Assembly (NCBI GenBank): GCA_965207595.1 | Contig: CBDBMW010000012.1 | Coordinates: 898,462 to 962,461, forward strand | Source: Vicinamibacterales bacterium | GTDB taxonomy: Bacteria; Acidobacteriota; Vicinamibacteria; Vicinamibacterales; UBA8438 | Direction of reading: 5' to 3' | Length of the DNA stretch: 64,000 nt | Shown here: piece by piece, positions 29,001 through 38,059 of the stretch | Layout of the letters: the number at the start of each line of letters is the position of its first letter | Position numbering within the stretch: the first letter of the stretch is position 1 | Program-made: the position numbers and the translations under genes | Notes under the pieces: generated by a model | Seen by the model: the letters and a program-made list of their open reading frames with translations, nothing else | What the model was told of the DNA's origin: nothing | The model's database searches: none

Positions 29001-29012
29001 TGTCTATAGACA
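29001..29012. promoter_or_regulatory. perfect 12-bp palindrome TGTCTATAGACA (candidate operator)
   Basis: It lies in an AT-richer patch 155 nt upstream of ATG 29167 and 29 nt after the 23-bp repeats. Confidence 0.35.
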
Positions 29013-29166
29013 AACCCCCGCTTCTTGCATACACTCGGTCGGAATTGGATCGCACGTACGGTCCTCCTCAAGCGGGTCGTCGTCACGGCCGACGGCCAGG
29101 TGAAGCCGAAGGTTCGCGTCAAGGCTCCGCGAACAGACTTTCACTACGAGCGGTCAAGGAGAGAAC

Positions 29167-32130
29167 ATGCGCGTCCTGGGTCGGCTTCTTCTGGCGTTTC
29201 CCCTTTCGCTGCTGCTATCGGAGTCCGCCCAGGCGCAGAGTTCCATCGCCGGCGAGATCACGGACGAGATTGGCGGCGTGCTGCCCGGCGTGACGGTGGA
29301 GGCGTCGAGCCCCGCCCTCATCGAGGGCTCCCGCCTCGTCGTCAGCGATGGTGCGGGCAAGTACTCCATCATCGACCTTCGACCGGGAGTCTACGACGTA
29401 CGGTTCGAACTACCGGGCTTCTCGACCGTCGTGCGCGAAGCCGTAGAGGTGCTCGCCGGGGTGAGCGTGCCGATCAACGCTCGGATGGCGGTCGGCGCGC
29501 TCCAGGAGACCATCACCGTCTCCGGCGCAACGCCCGTGGTCGACATTCAGCAGGCGACCCAGCACTCGGTGATCGACCGCGAGACGATCCAGGCGTTGCC
29601 GACCAACCGCACCACCCACACCGTGGGGATGATCCTGCCCGGGCTGAAAATGACCGGATCGATGCTGGGTGGCGCCGGCACCACCGTGCTGCAGCGCTAC
29701 ATGACCACGCGCGGAAAGAGCCAGGCCCAGAACTCCTCCCAGGTGGACGGGATGGACACGGACATGATCACCGGGGGCGGGCACCTGCCGTACGACAACA
29801 TCGGCATGGCCCAGGAGGTCTCCATCGAGACCAACCCGGTCTCCGCGGAAACCGCGGGCAGCGGTATTCGCATCAACATGATTCCCCGCGACGGCGGCAA
29901 TGCCTTCAGCGGCGACCTGTACTTCAGCGGGATGGACGGCGCCTGGCAGGCGAACAACATCACCGACGCGCTGCGTGCGCGGGATGCGACGACGCCGGAT
30001 TCCACCGAGCACATGTTCGACCTCAACCCCGCGTTCGGCGGGCCGATAGCCCGCGACCGCCTCTGGTTCTATCTCTCCGGCCGGGTGAATCGAGCCAGGC
30101 TCGCCCCGGCTGGCGCGAGCTATTTCTCGCCGGATCCCGAGACGGGACAGCTCCTGCCCGATCCGAGCCGCCCGGGCTTCAACGATACGGCCACCGACAA
30201 CGCCTCCTTCCGCCTGACCTGGCAGGCGAGCCGGAAGCACAAGCTCGCGAGCTACCGCGACCAGTTCTGGCGCTACCAGTCCCATTACCATGGCACGGCA
30301 GCCACCGACTGGGCCACGGCGCCGGTCGAGTACGCGCGAGGCACGCAGTACATCTGGCCCACCAAGTGGACCTACGCCGCGACCAGCCGGCTGCTCATCG
30401 AGGGCGGATTCCAGTACTGGAAGTACGACAATCGGCACTACAACCCCCAGCCGGGGACGCTCTTCGAGGAGCCGGCCGGCTACGGCGGACCGCCCGAGAC
30501 GCAGACCGGACCGTGGTACGCGAACGCAGGGCAGTACCATCTCCCCGGCGGCTACGTGACGAAGGCACACAACTTCGCCTACTGCTGCCGGCGCGGCCTC
30601 TTCCCCGCGTACGTTCTCCTCGGCAGCGCGTCCTACGTCACCGGCTCGCACAGCATCAAGGCGGGCATCACGGGCCGCACGGGCGTCGGGCAGAACACCC
30701 GGCAGCAGCACAACGGGTCGCTGTTGCAGTGGTACCTGGATGGCGAACCCTTCCGGGTCCGCATCTCCCCCAACCCTTCCGACATCCGGGTGGAGGTGAA
30801 TCGGGACATCGGAGCGTACGTGCAGGACCGGTGGACGATCGACAGATTGACGATCAGTGCCGGGGTGCGGGTGGAGCATTTCAAGGGCGGCGTAGGGGCG
30901 AGCTCGTCCCCGGCGGGCCGGTTCGTGCCGGCACGCCATTCCCGGGAGTACGAGGTATTCAACTTCACCGATGTGCTGCCGCGCTTCGGTGTGGTGTACG
31001 ACCTGCTGGGCAACGCGCGGACGGCGCTCAAGTTCAGCGCCGGCCGCTACGTGGCGAAGCTCGGGACGCTGGACCTGGAGCCCTACAGCGCGATGCGGAT
31101 CGCGCACGAGGACCGCGGCTGGTTCGACCGGGACCTGGGCGGCCTCGACCTTCCGACCAACGGCGACGACATCGCCCAGGACAACGAGATCGTGGCGAGC
31201 TCCGACCCGCAGTTCGGCATCCGTGCCGCGCAGCGGGCCGATCCGGCGCTGCAGCGCGAAGACAGCTGGGACTTCTCGGCGGGCGTGCAGCACGAGCTTG
31301 CGCCGGGGATGTCGCTCACGGCGATGTGGTATCACGTACGCGAGGGGTCGTTGTGGGCGCTGCGCGACATGGGAGTGTCGCCGGACGACTATCGGCGTTT
31401 CGACATCGCCAACCCGCTGCACCCGAGCGAGAGCATACCGGTGTACGACCTGTTGCCGGGGACCGAGGTCGGCGACATCGTCACCGTGTCGTCGGCGGTC
31501 AATCAGCGGACCTACAATGGGGTCGAGCTCAGCACGCAGGCGCGCCTGGCGACGGGGGGGACGGTCGTGGCCGGGTGGTTTGTCGATCGGCAGCTGGTCG
31601 TCGACTGCGACACGCACGATCCGAACAACTTCCGCTTCTGCGACGAGACGGGCGGACTGTATGCGGACCACGGAGCGGTTGAGCCGATCCCGTTCCGCAA
31701 CGAGTTCAAGTTGGCGTTGACGCACGGGCTGCCCGGCGGGCTCGAGGCCGCGTTCTCGTTCATCAGCTATCCCGGCGTTCAGAACGCGCCCCTCCCGGGC
31801 CAGACGCTGGGGGTGACCGACCTCCGCTGGCGGGATGCCGTGTTGCCGATCAGCGATACGCCGTGGGGTGAGCCCACGGTTCCCATTCGCGGCGCCCTGC
31901 TGCTGGCCCCGGGGCAAAGCTATCTCGAGCGTTGGAATCAGCTCGACATCAGCCTCAAGTGGCGCTTTCGGCTTGGCGAGGTCAGTGTGCTGCCGACGCT
32001 CGACGTCTACAACGTGAACAACTCGAGCGTGGTCATGGATGAAGTCGAGATCTATGGGTCGAGCCTCGGGCGGCCGCTCTCGATTCTCGGCGGAAGGCTG
32101 ATGCGGCTCGGCGTGCTGCTGCGATTCTGA
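29167..32130 (+). CDS. TonB-dependent receptor with CarboxypepD_reg-like N-domain
   Basis: AAGGAGAG RBS. A signal peptide is followed by IAGEITDEIGGVLPGVTVEA..GKYSIIDLRPGVYDVRFELPGF. The 987-aa barrel ends ..LGVLLRF. Confidence 0.85.
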   Translation: MRVLGRLLLAFPLSLLLSESAQAQSSIAGEITDEIGGVLPGVTVEASSPALIEGSRLVVSDGAGKYSIIDLRPGVYDVRFELPGFSTVVREAVEVLAGVSVPINARMAVGALQETITVSGATPVVDIQQATQHSVIDRETIQALPTNRTTHTVGMILPGLKMTGSMLGGAGTTVLQRYMTTRGKSQAQNSSQVDGMDTDMITGGGHLPYDNIGMAQEVSIETNPVSAETAGSGIRINMIPRDGGNAFSGDLYFSGMDGAWQANNITDALRARDATTPDSTEHMFDLNPAFGGPIARDRLWFYLSGRVNRARLAPAGASYFSPDPETGQLLPDPSRPGFNDTATDNASFRLTWQASRKHKLASYRDQFWRYQSHYHGTAATDWATAPVEYARGTQYIWPTKWTYAATSRLLIEGGFQYWKYDNRHYNPQPGTLFEEPAGYGGPPETQTGPWYANAGQYHLPGGYVTKAHNFAYCCRRGLFPAYVLLGSASYVTGSHSIKAGITGRTGVGQNTRQQHNGSLLQWYLDGEPFRVRISPNPSDIRVEVNRDIGAYVQDRWTIDRLTISAGVRVEHFKGGVGASSSPAGRFVPARHSREYEVFNFTDVLPRFGVVYDLLGNARTALKFSAGRYVAKLGTLDLEPYSAMRIAHEDRGWFDRDLGGLDLPTNGDDIAQDNEIVASSDPQFGIRAAQRADPALQREDSWDFSAGVQHELAPGMSLTAMWYHVREGSLWALRDMGVSPDDYRRFDIANPLHPSESIPVYDLLPGTEVGDIVTVSSAVNQRTYNGVELSTQARLATGGTVVAGWFVDRQLVVDCDTHDPNNFRFCDETGGLYADHGAVEPIPFRNEFKLALTHGLPGGLEAAFSFISYPGVQNAPLPGQTLGVTDLRWRDAVLPISDTPWGEPTVPIRGALLLAPGQSYLERWNQLDISLKWRFRLGEVSVLPTLDVYNVNNSSVVMDEVEIYGSSLGRPLSILGGRLMRLGVLLRF

Positions 32131-32145
32131 GCGGCTGGCCGGTTC

Positions 32146-33753
32146 TCACCCCGCCTCCCCAGCCTCCTCGGTCCGGGCAAGGCCCGGCATCCAGTCGGCC
32201 GGGGTGCAGCCGTGGGGATCCTCGCCCGCCACTGCGCGCTCCGCCATGCAGCGCAGCCGGGGCAGCGGCCCGAAGCCGTTGGCCAGGATGACGCCTTCCT
32301 GGTCGACAAGCACGTAAGTCGGGAAGCCGCGGACGGCGAGGCCCCGCTCGACGTCGCTGCCCAGGCCCACGTGCCAGTTGTACCAGGGCATCGGCTCCCG
32401 CTCCATCAGGTCGGTCACCACCGCGAGCTCCTCGTCGACGCTCACCGCGAGCAACGCGAATCGATCCGCGGGGAGATGGGCGACCAGAGCGCGAAGCTCG
32501 GGCAAAGCGACGATGCAGGGCACGCACCACGTGGCCCAGAAGTCGATCAGCAGGACCCGGCCGCGGTATGCCGACAGCGGTTCCTCGCGTCCGTCGAGCC
32601 GACGACCGGTCAACTCCGGCAGGGTGCCTCCCACGGTCGCATATCGGATGCTGGCGACCAGTTCCGCCTCGGCCTCCCCGAACGTGCGGGCGGCCTGCGG
32701 CGTGCCGCCATTCGCAGCGAACGGCACGCCCTCCACTCCGGCGCTCAGGCCCGTCGCCGCCGCCAGGGCGCGCTCCCGAAGCGCCGCCCAGTCGTCCGGC
32801 AACGCCTGGAACGGATCGTTGATCCGGCGCATCAGCCCGGACGCCACGTAGTACCGCGCCCCGGCCCGGAGCTCGGGGTCTTGCGCACTCTCCGCCACCT
32901 CCTCGAGGAACGCCCCGATCGGCTCGCTGTCGCCCCCGTAGCGCCCGCGGTCCAGCGCCCGCAGGACGTCCGGCCACCCGTCGAAGTCGGGCGCATGCTC
33001 CAGAAGAGCCCGGGCCCCGGCCACGAGGTGCCGGTCGTCACCCGGACCCGTCGACCAGTCCTCGCTGCTCAGGAACTCCGCCGCCTCCACCGTCCGCGCG
33101 TGCCCTCCCCCGGCCGCGAGAATGGCCCGGGCGGCGGCGACGGCCCGGATGGCGCTCGGCCGGGTGGCGGACTCGCGCGGGGCGCCATCCCGAGCTCCGT
33201 CCCCCGCGGCCTCGCTGACCCGACGCCACCACTCGCTCCGGTCGTCCACGTACTCCTGCACCACCGACCAGTCGGGGCCGACGTGAGCGATCAGCGCAAC
33301 CCACGTCGGGTCCTCGGACGAGCGGAGCATCGCTCCCGCGGCGGCGGCAGCGGGACCGGCTTCGACCGCCGCGGTCTCCATCTCCGGCCTCACCGCAGCG
33401 GGATTGCGCCACCGCTCGATGAGGAACTCGGCCGCCTCGACGGTCCGCGGTCCGCCCGCGGCGACGATCGCCCGGGCCGCGTCGACGGCCGCGGTCGCGT
33501 CCGGCATCGCCCCATGCGCTTCCTCGGCCTCGCGCATTCGCTCCTCGAGCGGGCCCGAGCCCGTCAGCAGGATGCTCCGGATGTCGCCGGCCCGCTCCTC
33601 CCACGCGGCTTGCTCGTCGAGGTAGCCCTGGACCACCGCCCAGCGCTCCTCGTCGGGGCCGCCGCCGGACGCACAGGCGGCAGCGAACGCGAGACCAACG
33701 ATCACCACCGCGCCGTGGAGCGAACGCCGATGCCCCGGATGGTTCGTTCTCAC
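32146..33753 (-). CDS. TlpA-like thioredoxin-fold lipoprotein (copy 1)
   Basis: Track ORF 32146..34671 was trimmed to GTG 33753, which has GGGAGG upstream. It has a lipobox-like LAFAAAC and a C-terminal redoxin domain (LIDFWATWCVPC). Confidence 0.8.
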   Translation of the reverse strand: MRTNHPGHRRSLHGAVVIVGLAFAAACASGGGPDEERWAVVQGYLDEQAAWEERAGDIRSILLTGSGPLEERMREAEEAHGAMPDATAAVDAARAIVAAGGPRTVEAAEFLIERWRNPAAVRPEMETAAVEAGPAAAAAGAMLRSSEDPTWVALIAHVGPDWSVVQEYVDDRSEWWRRVSEAAGDGARDGAPRESATRPSAIRAVAAARAILAAGGGHARTVEAAEFLSSEDWSTGPGDDRHLVAGARALLEHAPDFDGWPDVLRALDRGRYGGDSEPIGAFLEEVAESAQDPELRAGARYYVASGLMRRINDPFQALPDDWAALRERALAAATGLSAGVEGVPFAANGGTPQAARTFGEAEAELVASIRYATVGGTLPELTGRRLDGREEPLSAYRGRVLLIDFWATWCVPCIVALPELRALVAHLPADRFALLAVSVDEELAVVTDLMEREPMPWYNWHVGLGSDVERGLAVRGFPTYVLVDQEGVILANGFGPLPRLRCMAERAVAGEDPHGCTPADWMPGLARTEEAGEAG

Positions 33754-33848
33754 GCTGCCTCCCTGCTTCGATCGGATCGACGTGGCGGACCGTCGCGGTG
33801 CCGCCCCGCCGACACCGCCCGGTTCAGCCCGCTCGTGGATGGCGGTGG

Positions 33849-35420
33849 CTACCCCACGGTGTCCGGCATCCAGTCGGCCGGGGTGCAGGAATAGGGATCT
33901 TCGCCGGCCACGGCGCGTTCCGCCATGCAGCGCAGCCGGGGCAGCGGGCCGAAGCCGTTGGCCAGGATGACGCCTTCCTCGTTCGCGAGCAGATAGGTGG
34001 GGAAGGCGCGGACGGCGAGCCGCCGTTCGACGTCGCTCCGCAGACCGGCGTGCCAGTTGGGCCACGGCATCGGCTCGGTCGCCATGAAGTCGGTGACGGT
34101 GGTCAGCTCCTGGTCGACGCTGACCGCCAGCAGAGCGAACCGATCGTCGGGCAGCTCGGCAACCAGGTCGCGCAGCTCCGGCAGGGCGGCGATGCACGGA
34201 ACGCACCACGTGGCCCAGAAGTCGATCAGCACGACGCGGCCGCGGTAGGCGGACAGCGGCTCCTCGGTCCCGTCGAGCTGGCGCCCGATCAGCTCCGGAA
34301 GCGTGCCGCCCACGGTCGCGTGGCGGATGATGTCGATGAGGTCGGCCTCCGCCTGGGCGAAGGTGCGGGTCTCCGGTGCGACGCCCTCGCTGAAGCTCGG
34401 CTCCCGGTCGAACGTCTCCTCCTCCACCCCGACGCTGAGCCCGGTTGCCGCCGCGAATGCGCGCTCGCGGCGCCCGGCGCGGTCCTCCGCGGAAGACTCC
34501 AGGTCGTTGGCCCCACGGACCAGGCCGGCCGCGACGTAGTACCGCGCCGAGGCCCGGAGCACGGGATTCTCCGCGTCGGACGCCATCTCCTCGAGCAGCT
34601 CCCCGATCGACTCCCCGCCGTCGCGGAAGAAGCTGCGCGTGCCGTCCAGCGACCGCAGGAGAGACGGCCATTCCTCGTGATCGGGAGCATGAACGAGCAG
34701 GGCCCGGGCCCCCGCGACGACATGCCGGTCGGCCCCGGGCGTCCGGGCTCCCTGCTCCATCAGGAACTCGGCCGCCTCCACGGTCTGCGGGTGCTCGCCG
34801 GCGTCGAGGATCGCCCGGGCCGCGGCGACGGCGACGATGGCGCTGGGCGCGTCATCGGCCGGGCGGACCCCGCCGCCGTCCTGCGACTCCTCCCGAAGAC
34901 GCGCGAACCAGGCGGATTGATCGTCCAGGTAGGACTGGACGATCTCCCAGTCGGCGTCCATGTGGTCGATCAGCGACGTCCAGATGGCGTCGTCGGCCGC
35001 CCGGCGTCGCTCCGCCCTCTCCGCGGGGGACTCGGCGGCCGCCCCTTCCGGCTCTGGCTCCAACGCGAGCGGGCTCCGAGATCGCTCGAGGAGGAACTCG
35101 GCCGCCTCGATGGTCCGGGGCCCGCCCGCCGCGAGGATTGCCTGCGCCGCGTCGACGGCCGCGGTCGCGTCCGGCAGCGCCCCGTGCTGCTCCTCGGCGC
35201 TGCGCAGAGCTTCCTCCAGCGAGTTGCTCCCCATAAGGATGCTCTGGAGGTCGCCGGCCCGTTCCTCCCAGGCGCTATGCCGGTCGAGGTACTCCTGCAC
35301 GACGTCCCACCGCTCTTCGTTGGGGCCCCCGCCCGACCCGCAGGCGGCCGCGAACAGGAGACCGACAATCGCCGCGACCCCATGGATCGCGCGCCGATGA
35401 ACCGGAGTCGTTCTTCTCAC
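33849..35420 (-). CDS. TlpA-like thioredoxin-fold lipoprotein (copy 2)
   Basis: GTG 35420 has GGAGGG upstream. The architecture matches copy 1 (LLFAAAC; LIDFWATWCVPC), with high nucleotide identity over the redoxin domain. Confidence 0.8.
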   Translation of the reverse strand: MRRTTPVHRRAIHGVAAIVGLLFAAACGSGGGPNEERWDVVQEYLDRHSAWEERAGDLQSILMGSNSLEEALRSAEEQHGALPDATAAVDAAQAILAAGGPRTIEAAEFLLERSRSPLALEPEPEGAAAESPAERAERRRAADDAIWTSLIDHMDADWEIVQSYLDDQSAWFARLREESQDGGGVRPADDAPSAIVAVAAARAILDAGEHPQTVEAAEFLMEQGARTPGADRHVVAGARALLVHAPDHEEWPSLLRSLDGTRSFFRDGGESIGELLEEMASDAENPVLRASARYYVAAGLVRGANDLESSAEDRAGRRERAFAAATGLSVGVEEETFDREPSFSEGVAPETRTFAQAEADLIDIIRHATVGGTLPELIGRQLDGTEEPLSAYRGRVVLIDFWATWCVPCIAALPELRDLVAELPDDRFALLAVSVDQELTTVTDFMATEPMPWPNWHAGLRSDVERRLAVRAFPTYLLANEEGVILANGFGPLPRLRCMAERAVAGEDPYSCTPADWMPDTVG

Positions 35421-35509
35421 GCTGCCCTCCTCGCTCGATCGGGTCAACGTAGCGCCCGTTCCCTTCCTGAACCTACCGCGACCCGGCGTCGGGGGGCCAG
35501 CTCTCAGCG

Positions 35510-37003
35510 CTACCGCAGCGTGAAGTTGACGGTCACCGTCATCAGGATGGAGACGGGCTCGCCGTCAACGAGCGTGGGCTCCCACCGCCACTGCTCCACC
35601 GCGTCGATCGCCGCCTGGTCGAGCTCCGGCACGGATCGCAGCACCTCGATGTCGGTCACCTCGCCCTCGGGGCCGATGGTAGCGTCCAGCATCACGACGC
35701 CCTCGATGCCGGCCTCCCGGGCGCCGGAGGGATAGGTCGGATGGACGTCGTGGATCTTCCGGGGAGGAGCGACCCCTTCGCCGATCCGGATCGGCGCATC
35801 CCCGGCCACGCTCCGTGCCGGGTCGTCGGACCTGGTCCGCAGATCGGCGAGCATGGCCTGCAAACTCTCCTGGACGGCAGCGAGGTGCGCAATCATCTCC
35901 TCGAGGTGCCGCGCGGCGCGCTCGACCTCGGTGGCGGCCTCCTCCTGGCTGGCAGCGACCGCCGCGAGGGACTCCTCGATGCTCTCGTCGCCAGGGGCCG
36001 TCGCCGCCTCGGCGGCGCCTGCGGGCTCCACCTGCGGCTCCTGCCCGACCGCATCGGCAACCTGCAGGCTGGCGACGAAGATCGCGGCCGCTGCGAGCGC
36101 GCCCAGGCTCCCGAGTCGTGCGAGGCGCGTCATCGGGCGTCGATTCCGGTGGGGATTCAGCATGGCGGACAGCCTCCGTTCCAGGTGTGACGGACGCGCC
36201 ATGGCCGGTGCCGGCAACCACGTCCGCCGGTGTTTCCGAACGTCTCTCGCAAGCTCGACGAGATGCGTGGCGCAGGCGGCGGCCGGAACGTCCCGCGCCA
36301 GGACGAAGTCGTCCGCCGCGTGCTCGCTCTCGCGGCGGAGCTGTGCCCGGACCGCCCACGCCAGCGGGTTGAACCACCAGACGCAGCGCAGCCCTTCGGC
36401 TGCCATCTGCACCACCCAGTCGCCGCGGCGCGCATGCGCCAGCTCGTGCAGCAGGACGATGCGCATCCGCTCCGCCGACCACCCGGACGCCGACTCGGGC
36501 AGCACGACCGCCGGCCGCCGCCAGCCCCACGTGGCGACCAGGCCCGGACGCGGACCGAGCAGCAGGTCGACGTCGCGCTTCAGGCCGCAAGCCTGCGCGA
36601 GATCGGAGCACAGCCGATGCCACGGTCCATCCGTGACGCGGTCCGACGACGCGCGAAGCCATCGGAGTCTCGCCATCCCGACCAGGAGCACCAGGGCGCT
36701 GACGACCACGCCGGCGAGCCAGATCGTCACGGCCAACCGGCCGACGTCGTCGTGGTTCGCGACCGCCGTCACCGCCACCGATGCGACCGCGGGCCCGAGC
36801 GCGCCGGCATCTGCCGGCGCCACCTCCACGAGCGGCAGCACCGGCAGGAAGTGAAATGCCGGCGCCGCGCCGGCCGACACGACGCCAACCGCCAGCACCC
36901 AGTGCCTGGCGGACGCCGACCTCGTGCGCAGGGAGGCGGCGGCAGCGAGCGCCAGCAGCAGGATGGCCGACACCTTGATGGTCAACGCGGCCAGCAGGGT
37001 CAT
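35510..37003 (-). CDS. BlaR1/MecR1-type M56 peptidase fused to a TonB C-terminal domain
   Basis: It is a multi-TM protein with a HELAH zinc motif (LLHELAHARRGDW). The C-terminus (..PPRKIHDVHPTYP..AREAGIEGVVMLDATIGPEGEV..) is TonB_C-like. Confidence 0.85.
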   Translation of the reverse strand: MTLLAALTIKVSAILLLALAAAASLRTRSASARHWVLAVGVVSAGAAPAFHFLPVLPLVEVAPADAGALGPAVASVAVTAVANHDDVGRLAVTIWLAGVVVSALVLLVGMARLRWLRASSDRVTDGPWHRLCSDLAQACGLKRDVDLLLGPRPGLVATWGWRRPAVVLPESASGWSAERMRIVLLHELAHARRGDWVVQMAAEGLRCVWWFNPLAWAVRAQLRRESEHAADDFVLARDVPAAACATHLVELARDVRKHRRTWLPAPAMARPSHLERRLSAMLNPHRNRRPMTRLARLGSLGALAAAAIFVASLQVADAVGQEPQVEPAGAAEAATAPGDESIEESLAAVAASQEEAATEVERAARHLEEMIAHLAAVQESLQAMLADLRTRSDDPARSVAGDAPIRIGEGVAPPRKIHDVHPTYPSGAREAGIEGVVMLDATIGPEGEVTDIEVLRSVPELDQAAIDAVEQWRWEPTLVDGEPVSILMTVTVNFTLR

Positions 37004-37506
37004 TACTCTTCCTCCTGCTCGCGGGCGTCGGCGGCGCCGGCGATACCGACCTGCCCGCCCCCGTCCGGCGCGTCCGGATCGCCGGCACGGGACCCGCCGG
37101 GGGATCGACCCGCGCTCCGTTGCCCCGCGCGAGCGTCCGACACGATGCGTGCAATCCGTTCGAGCTCCGGCTCGGTCAGATGTCGCGCCTCCCCGCCGAG
37201 CAACGCCGTCACCGCCTGTTCGGCGGACCCGTCGAAGAACGTCTCGACGAGATGCCGCAGCGCGGAGCGGCGCGCGGCCCGACGCGGCGTCACCGGGCGG
37301 TACACGTACCGCAAGCCTTCCTCCTCGTGGCGCACGTGACCCTTCTGCTCGAGGATGCGGAGCTGCGTGCGGACCGTCGACGAGCTGGGGTCGCCGGCGA
37401 GCTCCGCCCGTACGACGCTGGCGGTGGCCCGGCCAAGCCGAAAGAGGATGTCCATGATCTGCCGCTCGCGACGCGACAGCCCGCTGTGCCAGGGTGTCCT
37501 ACTCAC
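37003..37506 (-). CDS. BlaI/MecI/CopY family transcriptional repressor
   Basis: GTG 37506 follows GGGAGGGAGG. The sequence LSRRERQIMDILFRLGRATASVVRAEL..TVRTQLRILEQKGHV is a winged-helix pattern. A TAATG overlap links its stop to the blaR1-like start. Confidence 0.8.
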   Translation of the reverse strand: MSRTPWHSGLSRRERQIMDILFRLGRATASVVRAELAGDPSSSTVRTQLRILEQKGHVRHEEEGLRYVYRPVTPRRAARRSALRHLVETFFDGSAEQAVTALLGGEARHLTEPELERIARIVSDARAGQRSAGRSPGGSRAGDPDAPDGGGQVGIAGAADAREQEEE

Positions 37507-37612
37507 CGGCTGCGCCTCCCTCCCCCGACTTTCCCCCCGACACAACGTCAGCGTCTATCATCCGGGCGCGGGGTCGACCGGGCCCTGACGGCGGACGGAC
37601 GAGGACACGCAA

Positions 37613-38059
37613 ATGGACAGGACGGACAGGTTCGACGGGTCGGAGAAGTTCGACCACGAGCAGTACGAGGGCGAGGTCGCGCAGCGATGGGGCGCTGGCG
37701 ACGCCTACGAGGCGTCGATGCAGCGGACCCGCCGCTACGGCAAGGACGATTGGGCCCGCATCGAGGAAGAGAAGGAAGACGTGCTGGCCCGGGTGGCTGC
37801 GCTGATGGCCAAGGGCACCCCGGCCACCGGCCGGGCGGCGATGGATCTGGCCGAGCAGCACCGCTGCCACATCGATCGCTGGTTCTACCCGTGCAGCCAT
37901 GGAATGCACCGCAACCTCGCCGAGATGTACACGGCCGACCCGCGCTTCGCGGACTACTTCGAGAAGCGCATGAGGGGGCTGGCGGCATTCCTCCAGAAAG
38001 CGATACGGGCGAACGAGGCGCGCTCGAGCCATCGACCCGGTAGTCACCTCTCGACGTAG
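37613..38059 (+). CDS. TipAS antibiotic-recognition domain protein
   Basis: YEGEVAQRWG..DAYEASMQRTRRYGKDDWARIEEE...HRCHIDRWFYPCSHGMHRNLAEMYTADPRFADYFEK matches the TipAS pattern. No MerR N-domain is present. Confidence 0.75.
   Translation: MDRTDRFDGSEKFDHEQYEGEVAQRWGAGDAYEASMQRTRRYGKDDWARIEEEKEDVLARVAALMAKGTPATGRAAMDLAEQHRCHIDRWFYPCSHGMHRNLAEMYTADPRFADYFEKRMRGLAAFLQKAIRANEARSSHRPGSHLST

Noticed and set aside
29013-29166. Possible riboswitch (cobalamin or TPP) in the leader of the TonB-dependent receptor gene
   Set aside because: There is no B12 box (GCCACTG), no TPP CTGAGA/ACCTGA core, and no other conserved riboswitch motif that I could recognise.
32146-34671. 841-aa ORF suggesting one giant TlpA-like protein
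   Set aside because: The first ~300 codons overlap the neighbouring paralog in another frame and look like GC-driven read-through. A GTG at 33753 with GGGAGG upstream gives an N-terminus parallel to the paralog's. The same trimming logic was applied to 18266..20776, 40555..43359, 41622..43709, 25427..26620 and 56157..57164.
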